A stretch of DNA of 27,181 nt from positions 1-27,181 of IMG/VR virus record IMGVR_UViG_3300030330_002060. One strand, written 5' to 3'. The notes under the pieces were generated by a model, which did no database searches, was not told where the DNA came from, and saw only the letters and a program-made list of their open reading frames with translations. A program made the translations under genes and the position numbers. Shown one piece after another: positions 9,487 to 18,614 of the stretch; the first letter of the stretch is position 1, and the number at the start of each line of letters is the position of its first letter. Source of the DNA: a virus. Taxonomy: Duplodnaviria; Caudoviricetes.

Positions 9487-9492
9487 TCACCT

Positions 9493-9529
9493 TATAGAGT
9501 AGTCACTCTATATGAGTGGCTACACTATA
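9493..9529. promoter_or_regulatory. Intergenic stem-loop without a U-tract
   Basis: TATAG-A-GTAGTCACTC-[TATAT]-GAGTGGCTAC-A-CTATA: 15 pairs including one G-U, plus one A/A mismatch. Confidence 0.65.
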
Positions 9530-9541
9530 TAAAAAGAAATT

Positions 9542-10258
9542 ATGGCAGTATTAATAGATACAGTATATCAAAGGGTTTTATCAATTGCTAATAAAGAGCA
9601 GAGAGGTTATATCACGCCTCAAGAGTTTAACTTATTAGCTAATCAAGCACAAATGGAAATATTTGAGCAATACTTTTATGATTTAAATCAGTTTGGCAGG
9701 CTGCCAGGTAATGAAACAAAGCACGCTGATATGGTAGATATACTAGAAGAAAAAATATCTATATTTGAAAAGTTTAGGCAAGATGTTAGTATGGGGTCAG
9801 GTGGTGTAGGAGATTTAACAAACGTCGGCGCTAACGATATATATAGATTAGGTACTTTAAGTTTTAACAACTCTGGTGAATACATTGAAATAGAACATGT
9901 TAATCAAAATGAATTAAACAATTACATAAACTCACCGTTAACAGCACCAACAACTACAAGGCCTATATATATTAAGACATCTGAAACAGCAATACAAGTT
10001 TACCCAACAACAATAACTAGTGGTGTAACGTGTAACTTCATAGCAAGACCTGCTGATGTAGTTTGGAATTTTACTACAGTGTTAGGTGAAGCTTTACATA
10101 ACTCTAACGGTACGGTTAATTTTCAACTGCATGAATCAGACGAAACCACTTTAGTACAAAAAATATTACAGTTAACTGGTATAACTATTAAAGACCCTGG
10201 TTTATATCAACTAACTGATAAAGAAGAAAACGAAACAACTCAACAAGAAAAATTATAA
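9542..10258 (+). CDS. Tail ring / head-tail adaptor (tubular) protein 1
   Basis: 238 aa. N-terminal ANKEQRGYITPQEFNLLANQAQ helix pattern and position between capsid and muzzle genes match crAss-like ring (P22 gp4-like) proteins. Confidence 0.65.
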   Translation: MAVLIDTVYQRVLSIANKEQRGYITPQEFNLLANQAQMEIFEQYFYDLNQFGRLPGNETKHADMVDILEEKISIFEKFRQDVSMGSGGVGDLTNVGANDIYRLGTLSFNNSGEYIEIEHVNQNELNNYINSPLTAPTTTRPIYIKTSETAIQVYPTTITSGVTCNFIARPADVVWNFTTVLGEALHNSNGTVNFQLHESDETTLVQKILQLTGITIKDPGLYQLTDKEENETTQQEKL

Positions 10259-10261
10259 CGG

Positions 10262-11170
10262 ATGGCTTTATTTAAAGGAACACAACAGTCTTATTATCAA
10301 GGTGCTGATAACAATTTTAATACGTCTGACGATTTAAACACGTATGGTAATTATCAGTTTGTTAATATTAAAGATTTAATAACAAACTTTATTATTACGT
10401 ATGTTGGTGAAAATAAAATAATAAGCAAAGTTAAAAGGCCTGATGTTGCTTTTCACGCACAAAGAGCTTTACAAGAGCTTAGTTATGATACTTTAAAGTC
10501 TACTAAAACACAAGAAGTTGAAGTTGGATCTAGTCTAACTTTACCGTTGCCGCATGATTATGTTAATTATGTTAAGGTATCTTTTGTTGATGATAATGGT
10601 ATAGAAAATATATTAATACATAGTAGGAAAACTAGTAACCCAAGAGCTTTATCACAAGACTCTAGCTTTAATTATCAGTTTGATAGCGATGGTAATTTAA
10701 CTGAAGCGTCAGACTCAAACTCTTGGCTTCGTTATAAAGATAATTCTAACGTTGATAGCGGCGATACAAACAATGAAGATGAGCCAGGTGCTTTATTAAA
10801 TGAAGGTGGTAGGTATGGTTTAGAGCCTGAGTTTGCTCAAAGTAATGGTATATTTTATATTGATGATACCCGTGGTAGAATACATTTTAGTTCTAATATG
10901 TTAGAAAAAACAATATTGATAAAATATATAAGTGATAGTTTAGCTACTGAAGGTGAAATGCAAGTACATAAGTTTGCAGAAGAAGCAGTATATAAATTTA
11001 TAGCACACGCTATTTTAGCTAGTCGTGCTAATACACCTGAATATTTAGTTGCGAGATTTAAAAAAGAAAAGTTTGCAGAAATAAGAAAAGCAAAAATAAG
11101 ATTATCAAATATTAAATCTGAAGAACTTGTTCAGGTAATGAGAGGTAAGTCGAAACGAATTAAACACTAA
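10262..11170 (+). CDS. Tail ring / adaptor protein 2 (probable paralogue)
   Basis: 302 aa. RALQELSYD...LPLPHDYVNYVKVS motif typical of ring/adaptor proteins. Adjacent to ring protein 1. Confidence 0.6.
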   Translation: MALFKGTQQSYYQGADNNFNTSDDLNTYGNYQFVNIKDLITNFIITYVGENKIISKVKRPDVAFHAQRALQELSYDTLKSTKTQEVEVGSSLTLPLPHDYVNYVKVSFVDDNGIENILIHSRKTSNPRALSQDSSFNYQFDSDGNLTEASDSNSWLRYKDNSNVDSGDTNNEDEPGALLNEGGRYGLEPEFAQSNGIFYIDDTRGRIHFSSNMLEKTILIKYISDSLATEGEMQVHKFAEEAVYKFIAHAILASRANTPEYLVARFKKEKFAEIRKAKIRLSNIKSEELVQVMRGKSKRIKH

Positions 11171-11177
11171 TTAACAC

Positions 11178-14100
11178 ATGGCGGAGTTGAAACGTAATTT
11201 CACATCAAGTCGTATGAATAAAGACCTTGATGAAAGGTTAGTGCCTAATGGCGAGTATAGAGATGCGTTAAACATTAGTATCTCAACTTCAGAATCGTCT
11301 GACACAGGCTCTGTTGAAAGTATAAAAGGTAATTCAAGAATATCAACGTTAGGCATTGCTGGTAGAAAATGTATAGGTACAGCACGTGACGAAGAAACAA
11401 ATAAAATTTATTGGTTTATAGCAGGTACAAGTGTAGATGCTATAGCAGAGTACAACGAAGATACAGGTAATGTAGAGCCAGTGTTAGTTTCAGTAAAAGC
11501 AACAGCTGATGTTTTAAAATTTTCATCAAGTAGTTTTATAACAGGAGCAAACGTACTTGATGGCGTTTTATATTTTACAGATAATATAAACGAACCTAAA
11601 CAAGTTGACATCACTAGATCAAAAAACGGATCAACAAACTTCTCAACACACACAAAATTAATTATACAAAGTAGAGACGGTAATTCAGATAAAGGTAATA
11701 TAGCTGAAGAGCATATCACAATAATTAAAAAATCCCCATTAAACGCACCAGCTATAACAATGTCAAACACATTACGTGATGGCACTGTTAACGCTCAGTT
11801 TGAACAATCACCTAGCGGCACTATTGATGATGAGTTTTTTGGCACAACAGCAGCTGGCTCAAAAGCACCTGGTACTGTGTTAGGTAATATAGTTTTTTCA
11901 CCAAAACCAAGCTTTGAAGTTGGTGATAATTTAAAGTTTACTCACACGTCTACTGATGACGGAGAAGTTATTACGTATGAAGTTAGGGTTGTTGTAATAG
12001 AAATAGTAAGTGAGGCGGCTGTATCTAAAACACTTAAAACAAAAATACTTAGTATTACTGATGATATAATAGTACCATCATCAACTATAGTTTGGTCTGT
12101 AGAGCTTGAACAAAAAGATCCTTTTTTTGAACTTGTATTTCCAAGATTTGCATACAGGTGGAAATATTCTAATGGTCAATACTCTGCATTTTCACCATTT
12201 AGTGAAATAGCATTTTTACCAGATGAAATAAACGGCTATAAGTTTGATGCTAAAAACGGCTTTAATCAAGCTATGGTTAACACGGTTAGAAAAATAACAT
12301 TAAATACGTTTGATACTAAACCAAGCAATGTTGTTGAAGTTGATATATTATTTAAACAGTCAAACAATACAAATGTATACACTGTTAAAACATTAAAAGA
12401 AGATTTTACTTCTTTTGATATAACATCAGAACAAATATACGCTACAGTACCATCAAATCAATTAATAAGACCTTATGATAACGTTCCTAAAAAAGCGTTA
12501 GCACAGGATGTTGTGGCTAACAGATTAGTGTTTGGTAACTATGTGCAGAACTATAACGTTGATGATGTTCCATCGTTTCAAACAAATATTTTATCAAATA
12601 GAATAACAGAAAATACGCCAACAAAATCACTAAAATCAATACGTAAATATCAACTCGGTGTTATATACTTAGATGAGTTTGGTAGGCATACACCAGTTTT
12701 TGCAGATGATAGTAGTGTTGTAACTATTGATCAAATACAATCAAACACTGCAAATAAAATAGAAGCTAAAATAACAACACCAGCTCCAGACTGGGCAACA
12801 CATTATAGATATTACATTAAAGAACCTTCTAATGAATATTACAACTTAGCGTTAGACAGATATTACGAAGCAGAGGATGGTAATGTTTGGCTTAGTTTTT
12901 CATCAGCTGATAGAAATAAGGTAGACAACGAAACGTTTTTAATACTAAAAAAGAAACACACAACTAACTCTAGTGTTTTTAAAACTTCAGGCGGTACTGT
13001 TAAATACAAGATACTTGATATTTCAAATGAAGCGCCAACGTTTATTAAGCAAAAGAAAACATCAATAGGTAAAATCACAACGCAGTTTGGCGAAAACTCA
13101 ACTCCTTCTGAAGGCTTTCCCGAGGTTGGATTTTTATCATTTAAAGTTAAAGGTGGTGATATAAATGTTTTAAAAGATTTAAACACTACATCGGTAACTG
13201 ATAAATATATACGTATATCAACATCTCAAGATGCATCAGAGCTTTATCAATTAAGTAGCATAAATGTTAATGATGCGGGCGCTACTGGTAACTTAACAGA
13301 AGATGTTGACACCTGGACATTTAATATAGCAGAACCATTTGGTGAAGATATTTCTTTTGCTGGCACAGGCACTAACAAAACAGATGGTTTGTCGTTAGAA
13401 GTTTTACAAGAAGACATTGACGAAAATAATCCTGAGTTTGTAGGTAGGTTTTTTGTTAAAGTGCCAAGAGATTCTACATTAGATAGTAATATATTAAGTG
13501 GAGCAGTTGACAGGGTTTATAAAGTTAAAAACGCACAGAATATATTTAAAATAGATACAACGCACAATACTCATGCTGATTACTCTAACGGCACGCAGCT
13601 GTTTGCTATTGATAAAGCTGGTGGTTTTGATGGAGATAAAAACACTTTAGCAACGGGTAAAGGCGCTCAGGGTGGTAAGAAAACTATACAAATAAGATTA
13701 ATAGGCATTGGTCCTGATAAAGAGCCACATACGTTAAATCCAAACGTTGTAAATTTAACTGCTAACGCGCTCTTAGACGGACAATTACGTACTCCTGGTA
13801 CTAAACTACGTTGGCGAGATGATCCTAGCCAGGAGGTGTACGAGATTGTCTCTGCTAGCCCCATAAAAGTATTTAATTTTGGTAAAGGTCGTATTCAGCG
13901 TAAAAGAGCTGACAACAAAGGTATACGTTACACAATTACTTTAGATAGAGAACTATCTTTTAACCCGCAAAACGCAGTACAAACAGGCGTTACATCTGAT
14001 AGTGGTACTAGCACCGTGTTAGAAGTTGTGTCAGAGGTAATAAATGAAAACACATTTGCTAGTGATAGCCCAGCTGTATTTGAAACTGAACCAAAACAAG

Positions 14101-17100
14101 CTGTTGATTTAGAGTTATATTACGAAACAAGTAAAAGTTATCCCATAGCAGATTTGGCAACGTTTAAAACGTTAGATTATTTTAACTCTTTTTCGTTTGG
14201 TAATGGCGTTGAATCAAACAGAATACGTGATGACTTTAACGCGCCAACTATAGATAAGGGCGTAAGAGTATCTACTGTTTTAGCAGAGCAGTATAAAGAA
14301 GAACATAAGAAAAGTGGTTTAATATATTCTGGAATATATAATTCTACAAGCGGTATAAACAGACTAAATCAGTTTATTGCTGGTGAAAAAATAACAAAAG
14401 ATTTAAATCCAGAATATGGATCAATACAGAAGCTACACACTAGAAACACAGACTTAATAGCCTTGTGTGAAGATAAAGTATTAAAAATATTAGCTAACAA
14501 AGATGCTTTGTTTAATGCAGATGGTAATGTAAACTTAACATCAACTAATAATGTTCTTGGCACCGCAATGCCGTTTTCAGGTGAGTACGGTATAGGTAAA
14601 AATCCAGAAAGTTTTGCTAGCTTTGGTTATAGAGCTTATTTTACTGATAAAGCCAGAGGTGCTGTATTAAGATTATCAATGGATGGCATAACTAAAATAT
14701 CTAATTATGGCATGGGTAATTACTTTAAAGACAACTTAGCAGCGGCAACAACAGTGCTAGGTACGTACGATGAAGATAGTAACAACTATAATATTACACT
14801 AAATAATGATACCGTAAGCTTTGCTGAATCTATAAACGGCTGGGAAAGTAGAAAGTCTTATATACCAGAGCATGGTATATCTTTAAATAAAGTATATTAT
14901 ACTTTTAGCGATGGTGACATGTGGAAACATACAGATACAGCCACAAGAAATACTTTTTATGGAAGTTCATTTGTTGACTCGCAAATAACATTATTACTTA
15001 ATGACTTACCATCAAGTGTTAAAAAATACAAAACGATAAACTATGAAGGTAGTAGATCAAGAGAATATAATGCGTCAGGAGCACAAACAAAAACTGGGTG
15101 GTACTTAAACAACATAACAACAGACCAACAGTCTGGTGAAATACAACAGTTTAAAGATAAAGAAAACAAGTGGTATAATTACATAAAAGGTAAAGCTGTA
15201 GCTGGAACTGATATTGATACAAAAGAACTTAATATACAAGGCGTTGGTAAGCTCTCAGCTTTAAGTGGTAATGGTCAAAGTTTATTTGATCTTAATATAA
15301 CCGTAACAGGCCTAGCCGCGCAAAACATGACACTAACAGGTGTATCTGGTGAAGGAACTTGGACATTAAGTGGTAATACAGTAACTAGAACCGGTGTTAG
15401 CCAAATAGCAGATACAGACCCTGTTGTATTGACGTTTACTTCTAATGATGGTTTTGATAATCCTGCTTCACAAACAGTTACTAGTTTACCATCTGAATTT
15501 AATGGACAGCCTACATATAATGCTACAAACAACACGCTAAGCATAACGTTTAACTCAGCTACATTATCAGCTAACAAAAATATAACTATAGCGCTAGCCA
15601 ACCCTGCGCCAGAAAAAACATTTGGTATTGAGGGTAAATTTGATGACACTGTAGAAAATGTAGTTAAAGATAGGTATTACAAAATAACAGTTTCGTATGA
15701 TAGCGGTAGTATATCTCCTTTAAGTAATTTTCCTGGTGGTGATGATATTTTAGTTACATTTTATGGTGGTAATGTTGGTGATATACCAAACTTAACAAAT
15801 TTACCATTTGATTTTGATCAAAATACAGCAGATACTAAGCCCGGCACAAACCTACAAAACATTGATCCTATTGGATTTGGTGAAGTAAAATTAAATCAAA
15901 CAGCACAAAATAGCGCAACTAAAATATTTATAGATGATATAGATAAAAATCATAATAGCATACAAGATGCTTTCACAAGACACGGAACTCCGGTAGCTGC
16001 TGTAAATGTAAGGCTTACAAGAGCAGCTGATGCTACTAAGTTTATAGATTATACAATAAGTAATTTTGAAGAAGCAACAACCGCAGTTAGTAGCTCTAAC
16101 AATAATGCGTTTTCAGGCAGCGCTACAGTTGGTAACACGGCAAGCGGTTTAATATCAAAAGTATTTCAAGCAAGTGAAGGTCATATATTTACAACACCAC
16201 CACGTGTTGTGTTTAGTGATGTAGCACGCGAGGAGAATTATAACGTTGTTGTTCAAGACGCTAGCAATACTAATAATGAATTAACCACGAGAAGGTTTAC
16301 CATATCATATGATATAAATGACAAAGAAAATATAACTACGGATAAAATAAACTTTACTGCTATAGCTAGCAATAACCAAACATCTACTAATAAACTTTAT
16401 AGTGTTACGTGTGATCAAACGCAATTAAACTTTTATGGTGGCGAAAGAGATATAACTGTTTTTGGTGATCCTAATTCTACATTTAAAATATCTATATCTG
16501 ACGGTAGCAATACATATGATTTTTCTTCTAACACTTTTACAAGTGGTAGCACAGAAAGTGGTACTTTAACTGTAACATCAGATGGTTCACTTGCGACAAC
16601 TATAGATTTTCCAGCTGTAACCGCTAACAAAACTTATACAGCAACTATAACCGCTTTAGGTAGTTCAGCATTTAATACAAGTCCTGCTACTAGACAATTT
16701 ACTATTGAGCAGAAAAAAGAAGTGTTTATAAGATTTACGCCGACAAATGCAAACGCTATAGATACAGCAGCAGGAGAAACGGTTACGCCTTCATCTGTGA
16801 CGGTTACATCAACCGGTAGCAGCAGCGCTCAGCAAAGAGTTTTATTGTCATATACTATAACAACATCTAACGATATGGTATTATTAAGTACACCACAGTT
16901 TAATAGTTGGAGTGGTATTGGTTCATCTGTAAATAACACAACAAGAGAGATTACACTTTCTAATGGAGGTAAAGTTACAATTGACAACCACAATATAAAC
17001 ATAGACAATACAGTTACTCCTAATCAAGCTGTATATACAGCAAGTGCTTTTATATCTCAGTTTGGTACTGATGATGATACTGTTACTTTAAACATTAGTA

Positions 17101-17504
17101 ATCACTTAAACGCGCAATCATCATCTAATCAATTTGTAAACTTAGGGGTAACAGAAAATGATACAGATTTGTCAAGCGTTGCTTTGTTAACTGGACATCA
17201 AATTTTATCTAGTTCAACTAACGCTAGTGGCACTGGTAAAGTTGTTGGCGATTTTACAGGTCAAAATATATACGATATTGTAATTAATGTTGTTTCAATA
17301 ACAGACAGTAGTCAAATAACAGCTTTTGGCTTAAATTCAAGTTCAACTTCACCACAAACAACTACACCAACTTCACTAACACAAATATCAAGTAATGTTT
17401 GGGAGGCAACATTTAACTGGTCAGCTACTTTAAACGCAGGAAATACAGCGGCAAACAATACTTACAATGTAGAGTTAAGTGTAGATTTAAACGGAATAAC
17501 TTAA
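11178..17504 (+). CDS. Tail muzzle/stabilisation protein (P22 gp10-like, beta-propeller inferred) with a ~750-aa Ser/Thr/Asn-rich C-terminal extension
   Basis: N-terminal RMNKDLDERLVPNGEYRDALNI, internal FAYRWKY...YSAFSPFS, NRLVFGNY and YGIGKNPESFASFGYRAYFTDKARGAVLRLSMDG match this family. Composition shifts after about aa 1358. Confidence 0.75.
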   Translation: MAELKRNFTSSRMNKDLDERLVPNGEYRDALNISISTSESSDTGSVESIKGNSRISTLGIAGRKCIGTARDEETNKIYWFIAGTSVDAIAEYNEDTGNVEPVLVSVKATADVLKFSSSSFITGANVLDGVLYFTDNINEPKQVDITRSKNGSTNFSTHTKLIIQSRDGNSDKGNIAEEHITIIKKSPLNAPAITMSNTLRDGTVNAQFEQSPSGTIDDEFFGTTAAGSKAPGTVLGNIVFSPKPSFEVGDNLKFTHTSTDDGEVITYEVRVVVIEIVSEAAVSKTLKTKILSITDDIIVPSSTIVWSVELEQKDPFFELVFPRFAYRWKYSNGQYSAFSPFSEIAFLPDEINGYKFDAKNGFNQAMVNTVRKITLNTFDTKPSNVVEVDILFKQSNNTNVYTVKTLKEDFTSFDITSEQIYATVPSNQLIRPYDNVPKKALAQDVVANRLVFGNYVQNYNVDDVPSFQTNILSNRITENTPTKSLKSIRKYQLGVIYLDEFGRHTPVFADDSSVVTIDQIQSNTANKIEAKITTPAPDWATHYRYYIKEPSNEYYNLALDRYYEAEDGNVWLSFSSADRNKVDNETFLILKKKHTTNSSVFKTSGGTVKYKILDISNEAPTFIKQKKTSIGKITTQFGENSTPSEGFPEVGFLSFKVKGGDINVLKDLNTTSVTDKYIRISTSQDASELYQLSSINVNDAGATGNLTEDVDTWTFNIAEPFGEDISFAGTGTNKTDGLSLEVLQEDIDENNPEFVGRFFVKVPRDSTLDSNILSGAVDRVYKVKNAQNIFKIDTTHNTHADYSNGTQLFAIDKAGGFDGDKNTLATGKGAQGGKKTIQIRLIGIGPDKEPHTLNPNVVNLTANALLDGQLRTPGTKLRWRDDPSQEVYEIVSASPIKVFNFGKGRIQRKRADNKGIRYTITLDRELSFNPQNAVQTGVTSDSGTSTVLEVVSEVINENTFASDSPAVFETEPKQAVDLELYYETSKSYPIADLATFKTLDYFNSFSFGNGVESNRIRDDFNAPTIDKGVRVSTVLAEQYKEEHKKSGLIYSGIYNSTSGINRLNQFIAGEKITKDLNPEYGSIQKLHTRNTDLIALCEDKVLKILANKDALFNADGNVNLTSTNNVLGTAMPFSGEYGIGKNPESFASFGYRAYFTDKARGAVLRLSMDGITKISNYGMGNYFKDNLAAATTVLGTYDEDSNNYNITLNNDTVSFAESINGWESRKSYIPEHGISLNKVYYTFSDGDMWKHTDTATRNTFYGSSFVDSQITLLLNDLPSSVKKYKTINYEGSRSREYNASGAQTKTGWYLNNITTDQQSGEIQQFKDKENKWYNYIKGKAVAGTDIDTKELNIQGVGKLSALSGNGQSLFDLNITVTGLAAQNMTLTGVSGEGTWTLSGNTVTRTGVSQIADTDPVVLTFTSNDGFDNPASQTVTSLPSEFNGQPTYNATNNTLSITFNSATLSANKNITIALANPAPEKTFGIEGKFDDTVENVVKDRYYKITVSYDSGSISPLSNFPGGDDILVTFYGGNVGDIPNLTNLPFDFDQNTADTKPGTNLQNIDPIGFGEVKLNQTAQNSATKIFIDDIDKNHNSIQDAFTRHGTPVAAVNVRLTRAADATKFIDYTISNFEEATTAVSSSNNNAFSGSATVGNTASGLISKVFQASEGHIFTTPPRVVFSDVAREENYNVVVQDASNTNNELTTRRFTISYDINDKENITTDKINFTAIASNNQTSTNKLYSVTCDQTQLNFYGGERDITVFGDPNSTFKISISDGSNTYDFSSNTFTSGSTESGTLTVTSDGSLATTIDFPAVTANKTYTATITALGSSAFNTSPATRQFTIEQKKEVFIRFTPTNANAIDTAAGETVTPSSVTVTSTGSSSAQQRVLLSYTITTSNDMVLLSTPQFNSWSGIGSSVNNTTREITLSNGGKVTIDNHNINIDNTVTPNQAVYTASAFISQFGTDDDTVTLNISNHLNAQSSSNQFVNLGVTENDTDLSSVALLTGHQILSSSTNASGTGKVVGDFTGQNIYDIVINVVSITDSSQITAFGLNSSSTSPQTTTPTSLTQISSNVWEATFNWSATLNAGNTAANNTYNVELSVDLNGIT

Positions 17505-17508
17505 TAAT

Positions 17509-17871
17509 ATGGCACAACTAACATTAACAATAGACGGAAATATAAATGTATCATTACAACCTAAAACAGACGCTACACTGTCAGGTAATGATATAATATA
17601 CTATGGTACGCCAAGTGGTACTACAGTATCTTCTATAACAAGATTAGGTGAATGTGTAGGCGTTAACAGAACAAACAACACGATAGTAGTAGAAGTAGCT
17701 GACAGCGTTGTTAGGCCGTCACAAAACGACTTTATATTTTTTGGCAAAGATAACCAAGCTAGTAAATCAGGTATTTTAGGTTATTACGCAGAGCTAGAAA
17801 TGAAAAATAATTCAACAGATAAAATCGAACTATTTTCAGTAGGTACAGAAGTATTTGAAAGTAGCAAATAA
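17509..17871 (+). CDS. Small putative virion/tail protein (120 aa)
   Basis: Beta-rich ORF starting 4 nt after the muzzle stop. Ends GILGYYAELEMKNNSTDKIELFSVGTEVFESSK. Confidence 0.7.
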   Translation: MAQLTLTIDGNINVSLQPKTDATLSGNDIIYYGTPSGTTVSSITRLGECVGVNRTNNTIVVEVADSVVRPSQNDFIFFGKDNQASKSGILGYYAELEMKNNSTDKIELFSVGTEVFESSK

Positions 17872-17872
17872 C

Positions 17873-17882
17873 GTGTGATTAT
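17873..17882 (+). promoter_or_regulatory. Putative phage promoter/regulatory motif RYGTRATWAT, copy 2 (GTGTGATTAT)
   Basis: Intergenic, 28 nt upstream of the first ejection-protein gene. Confidence 0.4.
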
Positions 17883-17910
17883 ATATGTATAAAAATAAAA
17901 TTAATTAATT

Positions 17911-18606
17911 ATGGCAGTACCAATAGGATTAGCAGTAGAAGCAGGTAAACAAGTTGTAGGCGGCTTAACAAGTATCGCTGGAAGTATTATCGGCTCAGGA
18001 AAAAGAAGAAGAGAACAAAGACAAGCACAAGCTGAGTATGATAGAAACATGCAACAGTTTCAGCAGCAAGATACATCTAACTTGTATGCAAATATGGAAA
18101 ACCCATTTGCAGATCTTACTGTTAACCAGCAAGCTGCTAACTTTGCTAGACAACAGCAGCAACAAGCATCGGCAAATATAATGCAAAATTTACAAGGTGC
18201 AGCTGGTGGATCAGGTGTCGCGGCACTAGCACAATCATTAGCGCAGCAAGAAGCAGCATCAGCGCAAGCAGCGTCAGCAGATATTGGTAGACAAGAAGCG
18301 GCAAATCAAGCTAGAGCAGCAGGCGCGGCTATGGATTTACAAAGGATGGAAAGGATGGGCGCTGAAACAGCTAGAGGTTTGGAGCTAGATAAAAGAACTA
18401 CACTGTTAGGTATGTCACAAGAAAGATTAGGAGCAGCTAACGAAGCTAGAAAAGAAGCAACAGCCGCGGCAATAAGTGGCGTTGGTCAGTTAGCGGGTGG
18501 TGCAGCTACATTAGGTGCTGCTAAAGCAGCAGGCTCAAACGGTAATTTTCTTGGCATGAAATTTGATATGCGTGGCTTAGAAGAATTTACACCAGGAGAT
18601 AAATAA
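17911..18606 (+). CDS. Putative internal virion / DNA ejection (pilot) protein 1
   Basis: 231 aa, G/A/Q-rich, with glycine-rich amphipathic ends (GGLTSIAGSIIGSG; AAISGVGQLAGGAATLGAA). First of three genes of increasing size after the tail genes, as for P22 gp7 and T7 gp14. Confidence 0.65.
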   Translation: MAVPIGLAVEAGKQVVGGLTSIAGSIIGSGKRRREQRQAQAEYDRNMQQFQQQDTSNLYANMENPFADLTVNQQAANFARQQQQQASANIMQNLQGAAGGSGVAALAQSLAQQEAASAQAASADIGRQEAANQARAAGAAMDLQRMERMGAETARGLELDKRTTLLGMSQERLGAANEARKEATAAAISGVGQLAGGAATLGAAKAAGSNGNFLGMKFDMRGLEEFTPGDK

Positions 18607-18614
18607 TAAATATT

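Noticed and set aside
17495-17511. Possible readthrough or frameshift fusing the muzzle gene to the 120-aa ORF
   Set aside because: There are two consecutive in-frame TAA stops and no slippery heptamer, and the downstream ORF has its own ATG with A at -3.
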